Positions 45,401 through 54,309 of a stretch of 64,000 bases of DNA are shown here, in pieces. The notes under the pieces were generated by a model, which was not told where the DNA came from, made no database searches, and saw nothing but the letters and a program-made list of their open reading frames with translations. The DNA is taken from NCBI GenBank assembly GCA_050259635.1, contig JBLNBA010000004.1, positions 75,005 through 139,004 on the forward strand. Direction: 5' to 3'. Both the position numbers and the translations under genes were made by a program. This DNA comes from Bacillota bacterium (lineage in GTDB: Bacteria > Patescibacteriota > Patescibacteriia > Patescibacteriales > UBA12465). Positions within the stretch are counted from its first letter, which is position 1; each line of letters opens with the position of its first letter.

Positions 45401-46063
45401 TTACTTTTTTACATTATCATCATCAGGCTCGATCACCTTGAGGTGCCGGCTGTGGCTGATGTTATGGAGGAAAATATCATTAATTTCCATACGATAATCG
45501 AACTCGCTTTCGTCCATCATGGTAAAATTGATTTCACGGCCGAGATCGATCTCTAGCTGCTTTAAACGCTTCACGAAAGGATCTTTGCGGATTTTGCCGA
45601 TGATCAAGAGGTCGGTTGGAGAGCTCGCATCCCCGGTAAACATGCCGCTCAGCCATAAGCGCTTGATAGAGGAGTCTTTCTTCATTTCCTCAATAAAGTC
45701 CCGGCAGGAAAGGAGATTGGCTTTGGCAAAGAGGCTTTTCAGCTCGTTAAAGAGCAGGAAGTCTCGATCGACCATGAAATATTTCTTGTCGTTTTTGGAT
45801 TTGGCTATGGATAACTTATCTATGGCCGCCTTCTTCCCTTTTTTCTTGTCTTGAGCCTCTTCTATCACCTCTTCTGGATGGATGGAATCCACTACTTTAA
45901 GCAACCCGATGTCTTGGAGAATTTCCAGTTCTCGCCGCACTGAATTAACCTGCAGGCCGAGGTCTCTGGCTAATTGACGAGTATAAAATTCTTGTTCAGG
46001 CTTGCAGAGGAAGGTCTTGAGGATCTTGACCCTGGCTGTTGACCCAAAAAATTGCGCTAGCAT
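45401..46063 (-). CDS. winged-helix transcriptional regulator with a C-terminal nucleotidyltransferase-like domain
   Basis: N-terminal wHTH 'ARVKILKTFLCKPEQEFYTRQLARDLGLQVNSVRRELEILQDIGLL' and C-terminal 'LWLSGMFTGDASSPTDLLIIG'. It starts 4 nt upstream of DUF4012. Confidence 0.65.
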   Translation of the reverse strand: MLAQFFGSTARVKILKTFLCKPEQEFYTRQLARDLGLQVNSVRRELEILQDIGLLKVVDSIHPEEVIEEAQDKKKGKKAAIDKLSIAKSKNDKKYFMVDRDFLLFNELKSLFAKANLLSCRDFIEEMKKDSSIKRLWLSGMFTGDASSPTDLLIIGKIRKDPFVKRLKQLEIDLGREINFTMMDESEFDYRMEINDIFLHNISHSRHLKVIEPDDDNVKK

Positions 46064-46219
46064 ATCGTTTGGAATAATGTCATTGCGCTATTCGCTTTGA
46101 AAGCATATTCAGGAAGAATTTAGGGCTTCTGCTTTCAATCTTTATGCATTTATAGTATAATAGTTGCGAGTAAGAGTCAAATAAAAAAGCCTCTTTTATT
46201 GTAATATTCGTGCCTTGCT

Positions 46220-48457
46220 ATGCACTATAAAGTTGCCTCCCTGATGCTCAACACCGGCAGACACCTTAACGGATGCCGGGAAGTGTACATCTCTCAGCCG
46301 GACGCTGTCAAAGAAGATTTGGCGGGCCGTATTTTTATATTGGCGGAAATAGACGGCAAAAAAGCGGATTTGAAGCGGGTCGTGGATTTCATCATCACGA
46401 GCCTGGAAGATTTCTATTATAATGACGAAAAAATTTATCTACTGGATAAGATCGAGGGCCTTTCTCTGGATAACGTCTTTGAAGCTGCCCTGGCTAAGCT
46501 TAATCGCGCTCTATTGGAATTTTTAGCTGATGAAAAAATCTTCTTAAGGCAGGAAGAGACTAATCTGATCATTGGCCTCTTGTTCGAGAATCGGTTGATG
46601 TTTTCAAACTTCGGCCTCAACAAGACCTTTCTCATCTTCAAGAAACAGGATGATTACGAATTGATTAACGTTGAAGCCAGCGCCGCCGAAGAAGAAACCG
46701 CGAATGACGCTATTTCCGCCGGTCCGAAATTCTTTTCTTCCGTAATCACCGGGAAGATTCCTCCCGCCTCTTTCTTCCTCTTCTGTAACGAAGCCCTTCC
46801 TGAATACATATCCAATAAGGATTTGATCGACTATGTTGCCAAGCTGCCCCCCTTGGTCGCCGCGGAACAGATAAAATCAGCTCTAGGAAAGGTTAATAGC
46901 TATGTTCCCTTTCTAGGTATCATTGTAAAAAATACCTATGGCTTATCACCGGCGGAACTAAAAGACGATGCTTTGGCTGAGAGCACTCAGTCCGCCCATA
47001 ATTCAATCTCTCATTTAAATTATACCGAGAAACGCACGGAACAGATGCTGGCTCCGGCGGGGCTGGTCAATTGGCGCAAAGTCGGTAAATTTTTCGGTAA
47101 GAGCAAGGGTAAAGGAAAATTTGCGCCTGTCACTTCCTCTCTGCGCTTGAAAGAAACCGCTTCCGCCTTGGCTTCTCTCCCCCCGCTTTCGCGACAGAAG
47201 ACGGTCTCTGCCGCCCGTCTGATCAAGCAGATGAATTTCAGTCGCGGCGTTTCACCTCGCACTTCCCTTTTGCGATTGATATCGGGGACGGCTAGCCTAT
47301 TTAGCCCCCATTTCTGGAGGCAGTCATATTCTCGGGGGCGTATTTGGCTGAAAGACTTAAATCCCAAGAATCGCTCCTTGCTAATAATCTTAGGGTCGGT
47401 GCTGATCATATTATCCGGAAGCATCGCTTATGGCGCCGTTACCAACGGACGTAAAGCCAGTGAACAGGCTTTTAGCGACGCGGTAAGCTCTATCGAGGAG
47501 AAGAAAGGGATGATCGACCTATATCTAGCCGCCAAAAATCCTGAAAGCGCGAAGCCCCTTATTGGTGATAGCCTTGCTTTGCTCGATTCCCTCGAGGCCA
47601 AGAAAGAGGTACAGATAGAAACGGTGGCTCGCTTGCGCTCTGAAGTCGAAGCCCTGCGTTCCCGGGTATGGAAGCTTACCGATGTGTCCCCGGAACTTTT
47701 AGGTGGCTTCAAGAGCGTCAATCAAGGGGCGGAAGTCCGTAACCTGTTAGTTGCCGAGGGCAAGGCCTATGCAGCGGATCCTAACGGCAAGGCAGTCTAT
47801 GTGCTGAAGCAGGATGATAAGTCGATCTCTTCCTTGCTAATAAATGGCGACATTAAGGAATTGGCTCATCCCATATTAGAAGCCGGCGCGATCTATTATG
47901 CCGATAGTAATCGGCTTTTACGACTAGACAGATCGAACGGTACCAGTGAACTGCGCCCAATTTCCGGCATGGATGCCGGTTCTTCTCCGGCGGCTATCCA
48001 ATTCTACAATGATTACCTCTATCTTCTAATGGCTGATGCCGGCAAGATCTATCGCTTCTCCGCCAGTAATTCCGGGTTTGGATCTCGTTATGATTGGATA
48101 CGGGATGATACCCAGCTCACGGACGCTGTTTCCATGATCATCGATTCGAAGATCTTTGTACTTAAAGCCGATGGTAAGGTGATCCGTTTCTCTCGAGGCC
48201 TTAAAGAAGATTTTGCTTTAGAATCAATTGAACCCGCCTTATCCAGCGCCTCGCTGATGAAAGATGCGGGCGATAAGCTGGCGATCTTGGATAAGGCCAG
48301 CCATCGCTTAATATTTTTCAACAAATCCGACGGCAAGCTCGCTTGGCAATATCGTTTCCCCAACCTGGGCGATGTAAAGGATTTCGCTTTAAGCGAGGAC
48401 TACAAAACTGCATTCATTCTCGATGGTGATTCGGTGTATCGCTTCTCGGTCCAGTAA
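46220..48457 (+). CDS. hypothetical bitopic protein: cytoplasmic N-domain, TM helix, extracellular repeat domain
   Basis: 745 aa with a central TM helix 'LLIILGSVLIILSGSIAYGAV'. The C-terminal half has beta-propeller-like repeats ('AYAADPNGKAVYVL', 'IYYADSNRLLRLD', 'LYLLMADAGKIYRF', 'IFVLKADGKVIRF'). Confidence 0.65.
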   Translation: MHYKVASLMLNTGRHLNGCREVYISQPDAVKEDLAGRIFILAEIDGKKADLKRVVDFIITSLEDFYYNDEKIYLLDKIEGLSLDNVFEAALAKLNRALLEFLADEKIFLRQEETNLIIGLLFENRLMFSNFGLNKTFLIFKKQDDYELINVEASAAEEETANDAISAGPKFFSSVITGKIPPASFFLFCNEALPEYISNKDLIDYVAKLPPLVAAEQIKSALGKVNSYVPFLGIIVKNTYGLSPAELKDDALAESTQSAHNSISHLNYTEKRTEQMLAPAGLVNWRKVGKFFGKSKGKGKFAPVTSSLRLKETASALASLPPLSRQKTVSAARLIKQMNFSRGVSPRTSLLRLISGTASLFSPHFWRQSYSRGRIWLKDLNPKNRSLLIILGSVLIILSGSIAYGAVTNGRKASEQAFSDAVSSIEEKKGMIDLYLAAKNPESAKPLIGDSLALLDSLEAKKEVQIETVARLRSEVEALRSRVWKLTDVSPELLGGFKSVNQGAEVRNLLVAEGKAYAADPNGKAVYVLKQDDKSISSLLINGDIKELAHPILEAGAIYYADSNRLLRLDRSNGTSELRPISGMDAGSSPAAIQFYNDYLYLLMADAGKIYRFSASNSGFGSRYDWIRDDTQLTDAVSMIIDSKIFVLKADGKVIRFSRGLKEDFALESIEPALSSASLMKDAGDKLAILDKASHRLIFFNKSDGKLAWQYRFPNLGDVKDFALSEDYKTAFILDGDSVYRFSVQ

Positions 48458-48477
48458 TCTAATAGATTTGAAGATAT

Positions 48478-48510
48478 AAAAAAAGACCGCTTATTCAGCG
48501 GGCTTTTTTA
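48478..48510. terminator. bidirectional terminator between ORF 46220 (+) and rplL (-)
   Basis: Sequence 'aaaaaaagaccgcttattcagcgggctttttta'. Confidence 0.7.
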
Positions 48511-48518
48511 TTTTGATC

Positions 48519-48935
48519 TTATTTAAGGGTTACCTTAGCGCCGGCTTCTTCAAGCTTCTTCTTCAAAGCTTCGGCTTCTTCCTTCTTAAGGGCTTCCTTG
48601 AGGACCTTAGGGGCGCCATCGACTAAATCTTTAGCTTCCTTGAGACCCATCTCGGTAACTTCGCGGACAACCTTGATGACAGCAATTTTGTTGGCTCCAC
48701 CATCGGTGAGCTCGACATCGAAGCTATCCTTTTCTTCTACGGCTGCGGCGGCACCGGCGGCTGGAGCCATCATCATGGCAGGAGCAGAGGCGGAAACACC
48801 GAACTTTTTCTCGAGGATCTTCACCAATTCGGCGAGATCGAGAACGCTCATCTTTTCAATTTCAGTGACTAAGCTCTGGAACTTAGCCGGTACCACCACT
48901 TCTTCAGTGGCGTCATTCTTCATTTCTTCGGACAT
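48519..48935 (-). CDS. rplL: 50S ribosomal protein L7/L12
   Basis: Ala-rich hinge '[13 protein letters not shown]' and C-terminal domain '[28 protein letters not shown]'. Confidence 0.95.
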   Translation of the reverse strand: MSEEMKNDATEEVVVPAKFQSLVTEIEKMSVLDLAELVKILEKKFGVSASAPAMMMAPAAGAAAAVEEKDSFDVELTDGGANKIAVIKVVREVTEMGLKEAKDLVDGAPKVLKEALKKEEAEALKKKLEEAGAKVTLK

Positions 48936-48955
48936 AGATTTAAATTAGATTTGAT

Positions 48956-49480
48956 TTATTTTTTCTCACTAACCGCTTTCAAAACGTAAACGAGGTTGCG
49001 GAGGTTGCCGGCTAAAGCGTTAACAAAACCGGATACCGGGGCGTTGATAGACCCCACAAGCTTAGCATACAATTCCGACTTGGTAGGAAGCTTAGCGACT
49101 TCCTCGATTTCGCTCTTCGAAAGCAATTTGCCTTCGAGGATACCGCCGAGGAAGAAGAGCTTGTCATTCATGTCCTTGCGGAAGGTATCGAGGACTTTCG
49201 CCGCCGCTACTTCATCTCCATATGAGAATACAGCAGCGATCTTGCCGTCCAAATCTTTTGCATCTAAGCTGTCCAAACCTTGATTCTTGAAGGCGAGATT
49301 CAACAGGGTCTTCTTCGCTACATAGTATTCGCCATTTTCCTGGCGGAGCTTGTCGCGTAAAGCCTCGTTGTCCTTCACCCCAAAGGCATTGAATCCGGCG
49401 AAGACGATTGATTTGGAATCAGCAATCTTCTTCTCCAGACTCCGCAGGATTTCCTGCTTCTGGACTTTGCTTTTAGGCAT
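48956..49480 (-). CDS. rplJ: 50S ribosomal protein L10
   Basis: 174 aa lying directly upstream of rplL, with 'IVFAGFNAFGVKDNEALRDKLRQ'. Confidence 0.9.
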   Translation of the reverse strand: MPKSKVQKQEILRSLEKKIADSKSIVFAGFNAFGVKDNEALRDKLRQENGEYYVAKKTLLNLAFKNQGLDSLDAKDLDGKIAAVFSYGDEVAAAKVLDTFRKDMNDKLFFLGGILEGKLLSKSEIEEVAKLPTKSELYAKLVGSINAPVSGFVNALAGNLRNLVYVLKAVSEKK

Positions 49481-49659
49481 AATATTTTAAGCGTTTGCAC
49501 GCAGTTTATAAGTACTATATAAAAAAATCTGCGGAAACCACAGATGAAAATAGCTAATATCAGCTTAATTTACCTCGGCAAGACTTATCTTTGTGCTTGC
49601 TGTCTGTGGTATCTATTCAATTTATGCTCTTATATTAACAAATATAAGAGCTTTGTCAA
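49481..49659 (-). promoter_or_regulatory. rplJ promoter and an L10-leader-like attenuator
   Basis: On the minus strand: TTGACA (49659..49654), 16 nt, TAATAT with a TGn extension. The leader has stem 'ccacaga'/'tctgtgg' enclosing two hairpins. Its 3' strand is shared with a terminator hairpin 'atctgtgg-ttt-ccgcagat' plus U7 (plus-strand 49521..49545). Confidence 0.5.
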
Positions 49660-49664
49660 GCCGC

Positions 49665-50834
49665 CTAAATGATAGTGGGCTTTTTTGCCCGTCGGCGGCC
49701 GTAGTTTGCAAAACGGTGGGCTTCTTCTCTTACCTTAAGTAAAGTCGGTTTGAGGACCGAGGCCAATTCCTTGAATTGCTTAGAAACGCCCTTGGTAAAT
49801 ACCAGGCGGTCTCCTCCGAATTTGGATATTCCAACCATGGGGATATGGATATTGATCTTCCCCAGTTCCCGGGAAAGGAAACTTATCTGCGGGCTGCCTC
49901 CGTCTATCATCACAAGATCCGGCCGATTCCAACCCTCATGCTTAAAGCGGCGGGTAAGGACTTCAAGCAGTCCGCGTTCATCGTCTCCAGCCGGTGCCTC
50001 CTTGATTTTAAATAAACGGTATTCGTCGGACTGCCTGTCGCCATTCTCAAAGACCACCATTGAGGCGTAGCTCTCTTTGCCTTGAAAATGCGAAATATCG
50101 TAACCTTCTATCCGGCCAAGCCTGGGGCTGGACAGATCCTCTTCCCGGCTGAGGAGGGTGACCTCCTGCAGATGGCGGAGAGCTCGCGCTTGTTCCGGAT
50201 TATCCTTGCTGAGTTTCTTTAAAAGGCGGGTTCTCTCGCCGCTAAGCAGGAGAATCAGTTTCTTGATATTTTTTATATATTCTTCGGGAGATATCGCTTC
50301 GACGCAGGCTCCGGGACAAACACCAATCTGATAATCGAAGCACGGGCGGCCGCTACGCGGAGTGCACGTACTATAAGGAAACACTCGACGTAGCAAACGC
50401 AAAGCGGAACTGATTAGGTAATATGCCTGGTATGGGCCGAACACCCGGTATTTATCCGAAGGAAATTTTTTTAATTCCCGCCCTCGGAAAATTATCGGCC
50501 GAGGGTAATCCGCCTTCTCATCAATGGCTACGTAGATGAAAGAACGGTCATCGCGATCAACAATGTTGTATTTCGGCCAATACTTTTTGATGTACTCCGC
50601 CTCCAAGATGATGGCTTCGAGCAAGCTCTCGCAAGGGATATATTTAAGGTCGATAGCCTGGCCGACCATCTCCGCAATCCGGGCGTCGAGATTCTTCTGG
50701 AAGTATTGAGATAAGCGGTTCTTGAGGCTTACGGCCCGCCCCACATATAGCACTTCCCCGTTTTTATCAAGCCAAAAATAGACGCCAGGCGCCTTTGGTA
50801 TTTCTTTTAGCTTGTCTTTCAAGGGGTGGGCCAT
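49665..50834 (-). CDS. uvrC: excinuclease ABC subunit C, short form
   Basis: GIY-YIG motif 'PGVYFWLDKNGEVLYVGRAVSLKNR', Cys cluster 'CFDYQIGVCPGAC' and endonuclease domain 'RIEGYDISHFQG..ASMVVF', 'DLVMIDGG', 'EEAHRFA'. At 389 aa it ends before any (HhH)2 domain. Confidence 0.85.
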   Translation of the reverse strand: MAHPLKDKLKEIPKAPGVYFWLDKNGEVLYVGRAVSLKNRLSQYFQKNLDARIAEMVGQAIDLKYIPCESLLEAIILEAEYIKKYWPKYNIVDRDDRSFIYVAIDEKADYPRPIIFRGRELKKFPSDKYRVFGPYQAYYLISSALRLLRRVFPYSTCTPRSGRPCFDYQIGVCPGACVEAISPEEYIKNIKKLILLLSGERTRLLKKLSKDNPEQARALRHLQEVTLLSREEDLSSPRLGRIEGYDISHFQGKESYASMVVFENGDRQSDEYRLFKIKEAPAGDDERGLLEVLTRRFKHEGWNRPDLVMIDGGSPQISFLSRELGKINIHIPMVGISKFGGDRLVFTKGVSKQFKELASVLKPTLLKVREEAHRFANYGRRRAKKPTII

Positions 50835-50836
50835 AA

Positions 50837-51163
50837 TCAGTAGCCAAAGCGATCAAGGTCGATATATCCGTTTCTTATTATTATTCCTTCCGTAGCCAAA
50901 AGCGCCTCTTTCTTCTTTGTTCCCGAGGCGAAGCCGCCCAGGCCGCCATCACTTCTTACTATTCGGTGGCATGGGACTTTGGGCGCAAAGGGATTATTGT
51001 GCAATGCTTGTCCGACTGCCCGAGCCGCGCCTTTGTTGCCGATCCTTTCCGCTAATTTTCCATAGGTGGTTACTTTACCTTTCGGGATCCGAGTCGCTGC
51101 TTCATAGACTTTTGCCGAAAAAGCACTTATTTTTTTATTCAAAATACCTTTATTCATTGACAT
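50837..51163 (-). CDS. ogt: single-domain methylated-DNA--protein-cysteine methyltransferase (MGMT/Ogt DNA-binding domain)
   Basis: 108 aa with active-site motif 'VPCHRIV' and 'TYGKLAERIG'. Confidence 0.85.
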   Translation of the reverse strand: MSMNKGILNKKISAFSAKVYEAATRIPKGKVTTYGKLAERIGNKGAARAVGQALHNNPFAPKVPCHRIVRSDGGLGGFASGTKKKEALLATEGIIIRNGYIDLDRFGY

Positions 51164-51325
51164 AACGGTAAAAATGCATTATATTGAATTTAGTACTTTA
51201 AGCATCGGAAGAGGCTAAGCGTTACCCTGCCTTTAAGGTTTGGCATATTGCGGTCGCCGCCTCATATTCCGATTCCGGTTTTCCGGGACGCTTGTACGTA
51301 CGGATGTTGGTTAGTGCAACCCGCT

Positions 51326-53854
51326 TCAAATATTTGGAGCGGGTTTTTCTTTTAGGTAAGATTCAAGATACTGCCCTGTGAGGCTATTATGGTTGGTCGC
51401 TACTTGTTCCGGCGTACCGGCGGCTACTAATTTTCCGCCTTTTTCTCCGCCATCCGGCCCGAGATCCAGTATGTAATCCATTGATTTGAGCATGTGGAGG
51501 TTGTGTTCGATTACAAGAACGGAATTTCCTCGTTCAACCAATTTATTGAGGACATCCAAGAGCATGGCGATGTCGTAATAATGGAGGCCGGTCGTCGGTT
51601 CATCCAGGAGATAAAGGGTGCGTTTGCCGAGCGTATGCGTAAGCTCTTTACCGATCTTAATTCTTTGGGCTTCGCCGCCGGATAAAGTTGTGGCGGATTG
51701 GCCGAGCTTAAGATATCCCAATCCAACCGATTGCAGTACGAGCAGCTTGTCAGTGATGTAATAATTACCTTCGAATAGCTCTATTGCCTCGTCGATCGTC
51801 ATATCTAAGACATCGGCGATATTCTTGTCCTTGTATTTTACCTGTAGGGTCTCGCGATTGAAACGGCGGCCGCGGCAAACCTCGCATTCAACCAAGACCG
51901 GAGGCAAGAAGTGCATTTCTATGAGATTAGACCCTGCCCCTTCACAGGCTTCACAGCGTCCACCGGGACGATTGAAAGAAAAACGTGATATGCCATACAT
52001 CCTTTCCTTCGCTTCCGGTAACGAGGCGAAAAAATCCCGGATAGGGGTAAAGATCCCAGTATAGGTCGCCGGGTTGGAACGAGGCGTCCGTCCGATAGGA
52101 GACTGATCGATGACGACGATTTTATTGATGTATTCTGCACCTTTGATATCCTCGACGTTCGTTAGCTTGGCCTTCTTGCCGGGATGATTCTTAATATAGC
52201 TTAGATTCTTGTAGACGACATCATAAAGGAGAGAGGATTTGCCTGACCCGGATACTCCGCTGATGCCTACTAATCTCCCTAAGGGGATTTCCGCTTTGAC
52301 GTTTTTAAGATTATGGCTTTTGGCGCCGATAACCTTGAGGCTGCCGTGATTTTGAGACCGCCGGCGATCCGGGATGCCGATTGTCTTATGTCCGGCTAGA
52401 TATTGGAGGGTAAGGGATTGGCTCAGGGGTTTCTTTATTTCTTTATCGAGGAGCTCTTTGGTTTTGCCGGACGCTTCAACTTCTCCGCCATGTACGCCGG
52501 CTAGCGGTCCTAAATCAACCAGATAATCCGAGGCTAAGATGGTCCTTTCATCATGCTCGACGATAATCACGGTGTTATTCTTATCCCGAAGAGTCTCTAA
52601 GGTCTTGATTAGGCGGTCAGTATCACGTTCATGCAGGCCGATTGTCGGTTCATCCAGGACGTAAAGGGTACGTGAGAGTTGGGAACCGATTTGCGAGGAA
52701 AGGCGGATGCGTTGCGCTTCGCCACCGGAAAGGGTTTCAGCCTCGCGATCGAGAGAGAGATAGTTCAAGCCCACTTTATTCAAAAACTCCAAACGGTTAA
52801 TGATTTGAGAGATAACATTTTCCGCAATGGCGGATTGTCTCTTTGTCATCTTTTGGTAGAATTTCCAAAAAAAATCATAAGCTTTGTCGATACTTAAATG
52901 GCTGGTATCGGCGATGTTTTTCCCATCGATCCGCACGGACAAGGCCTCGGGCCTCATTCTTTTCCCTTGGCATTCAGGGCAGATCTTATCGGCATGATAG
53001 CCTACTTTTCCTAATCCGGTGCATTGCGGGCAGGCGCCATGAGGAGAATTGAAAGAAAATAGTCTCGGTTCTACCTCCGGAAACGCAAAATTGTCTTTCG
53101 GGCAGGTCCAATTGGAGGACAATAAGAATTCTTTGCCCTTAAAGATGACGACCACTAAGCCGTGGCTGTAATCGATCGCATTTTCCACCGCTTCAAAAAG
53201 CCTTCCTTCATCATCCAGCATGACTTTATCGGTCACGATATCGATGTCATGCTTTTTCTTTGCGTCGAGCTTGATGCTGTCACGGAGGTTGATCATTTTT
53301 CCATCGATCCGAGCCTCGCTGTAACCTAGTGAGAGATAATCATAGAGTAACTGATAGTATTCTCCTTTTCTCCCCCTTACCACCGGGCTAAGAATGATCG
53401 CGTATTTCTGGCCATTTTCCTTGCCGCGATTAATAATGATATCGATCATTTCTTCCAGGGTAAGCTTCTCTATCTTGGTTCCGCAAATGGGGCAAAAAAC
53501 TTCCCCGATGCGAGCATACAGGACACGAAGGTAATCATGCACCTCGGTCAGGGTGCCAACCGTCGACCGGGGATTGTGGGATAAGGCCTTTTGGTCGATG
53601 GAAATCGCGGGGGCGAGCCCTAAGATCTCATCTACATCCGCCGGTTTCTTCTGTCCTAGGAATTGGCGCATATACGGAGAGAGAGATTCTACATATTGGC
53701 GCTGCCCTTCCGCGAAAATAGTATCAAAAGCCAGGGATGATTTCCCTGAGCCGGAAACGCCCGTAATGACCGTTAAGGAGTTATGCGGTATTTCGAGGTC
53801 GATATTTTTCAGATTGTGCATCCGCGCGCCGCGGATGATGATCTTATCTTGCAT
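51326..53854 (-). CDS. uvrA: excinuclease ABC subunit A
   Basis: Two ABC modules ('[14 protein letters not shown]' and '[14 protein letters not shown]', with two 'LSGGEAQR' signatures) plus Zn modules ('CPICG', 'CPQCTGLG', 'CEACEGAG'). Confidence 0.97.
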   Translation of the reverse strand: MQDKIIIRGARMHNLKNIDLEIPHNSLTVITGVSGSGKSSLAFDTIFAEGQRQYVESLSPYMRQFLGQKKPADVDEILGLAPAISIDQKALSHNPRSTVGTLTEVHDYLRVLYARIGEVFCPICGTKIEKLTLEEMIDIIINRGKENGQKYAIILSPVVRGRKGEYYQLLYDYLSLGYSEARIDGKMINLRDSIKLDAKKKHDIDIVTDKVMLDDEGRLFEAVENAIDYSHGLVVVIFKGKEFLLSSNWTCPKDNFAFPEVEPRLFSFNSPHGACPQCTGLGKVGYHADKICPECQGKRMRPEALSVRIDGKNIADTSHLSIDKAYDFFWKFYQKMTKRQSAIAENVISQIINRLEFLNKVGLNYLSLDREAETLSGGEAQRIRLSSQIGSQLSRTLYVLDEPTIGLHERDTDRLIKTLETLRDKNNTVIIVEHDERTILASDYLVDLGPLAGVHGGEVEASGKTKELLDKEIKKPLSQSLTLQYLAGHKTIGIPDRRRSQNHGSLKVIGAKSHNLKNVKAEIPLGRLVGISGVSGSGKSSLLYDVVYKNLSYIKNHPGKKAKLTNVEDIKGAEYINKIVVIDQSPIGRTPRSNPATYTGIFTPIRDFFASLPEAKERMYGISRFSFNRPGGRCEACEGAGSNLIEMHFLPPVLVECEVCRGRRFNRETLQVKYKDKNIADVLDMTIDEAIELFEGNYYITDKLLVLQSVGLGYLKLGQSATTLSGGEAQRIKIGKELTHTLGKRTLYLLDEPTTGLHYYDIAMLLDVLNKLVERGNSVLVIEHNLHMLKSMDYILDLGPDGGEKGGKLVAAGTPEQVATNHNSLTGQYLESYLKEKPAPNI

Positions 53855-53883
53855 AAGAGGTTGCTGGATGGCAGGACATCAAA

Positions 53884-54309
53884 TTATTTATATATCTTTC
53901 CCAGTTTATAGCGCTCAATCATCAACGCGGATCCTTCAAAGAGCGGCGAGGGCAATTCGTTTAAGGAAAACCATTCCCAGCGTTCCCACTTTTCCGGCTC
54001 GGTTATCGCCGGTTTCCCCGAGTAGGTGTGGGCAACGAAGCCGACGTTTACATAATGCTTGCCTTGCTCCAGGGCCCCGAGTTCGTCCGCCAATGATACG
54101 AGCTCAAGGTCGCTTACAATGAGACCTGTCTCCTCATGGGCTTCACGGATGGCAGCCTGGATCATATTTTCTCCGAATTCCAGGTGGCCTCCCGGAAAGC
54201 TCCAGGTGCCGTAGCCGTGCTTGGAGAGCCTGAGGCCGAATAGGGCCTTGCCCTGCTCATTTCTTATCATTACCCCTACGCCTATTTTCGGGCGATTTTC
54301 GTTTTCCAT
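53884..54309 (-). CDS. NUDIX hydrolase (MutT-like)
   Basis: Nudix box '[24 protein letters not shown]'. The start is taken at 'MENEN' (54309), which overlaps the uvrB 3' end by 53 nt. Alternative starts are 54351 and 54270. Confidence 0.8.
   Translation of the reverse strand: MENENRPKIGVGVMIRNEQGKALFGLRLSKHGYGTWSFPGGHLEFGENMIQAAIREAHEETGLIVSDLELVSLADELGALEQGKHYVNVGFVAHTYSGKPAITEPEKWERWEWFSLNELPSPLFEGSALMIERYKLGKIYK

Noticed and set aside
51164-51325. SRP (4.5S) RNA or tRNA in the uvrA-ogt spacer. tRNA-like sequences were also sought in the other large gaps (4008..4166, 24055..24366, 56177..56384, 63192..63649).
   Set aside because: I found no SRP domain-IV motif (GGAA tetraloop flanked by AGCA/GCAG-type symmetric loop). 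I also found no cloverleaf with a GTTCNANNC T-loop on either strand. A tRNAscan/Infernal run would be needed for certainty.
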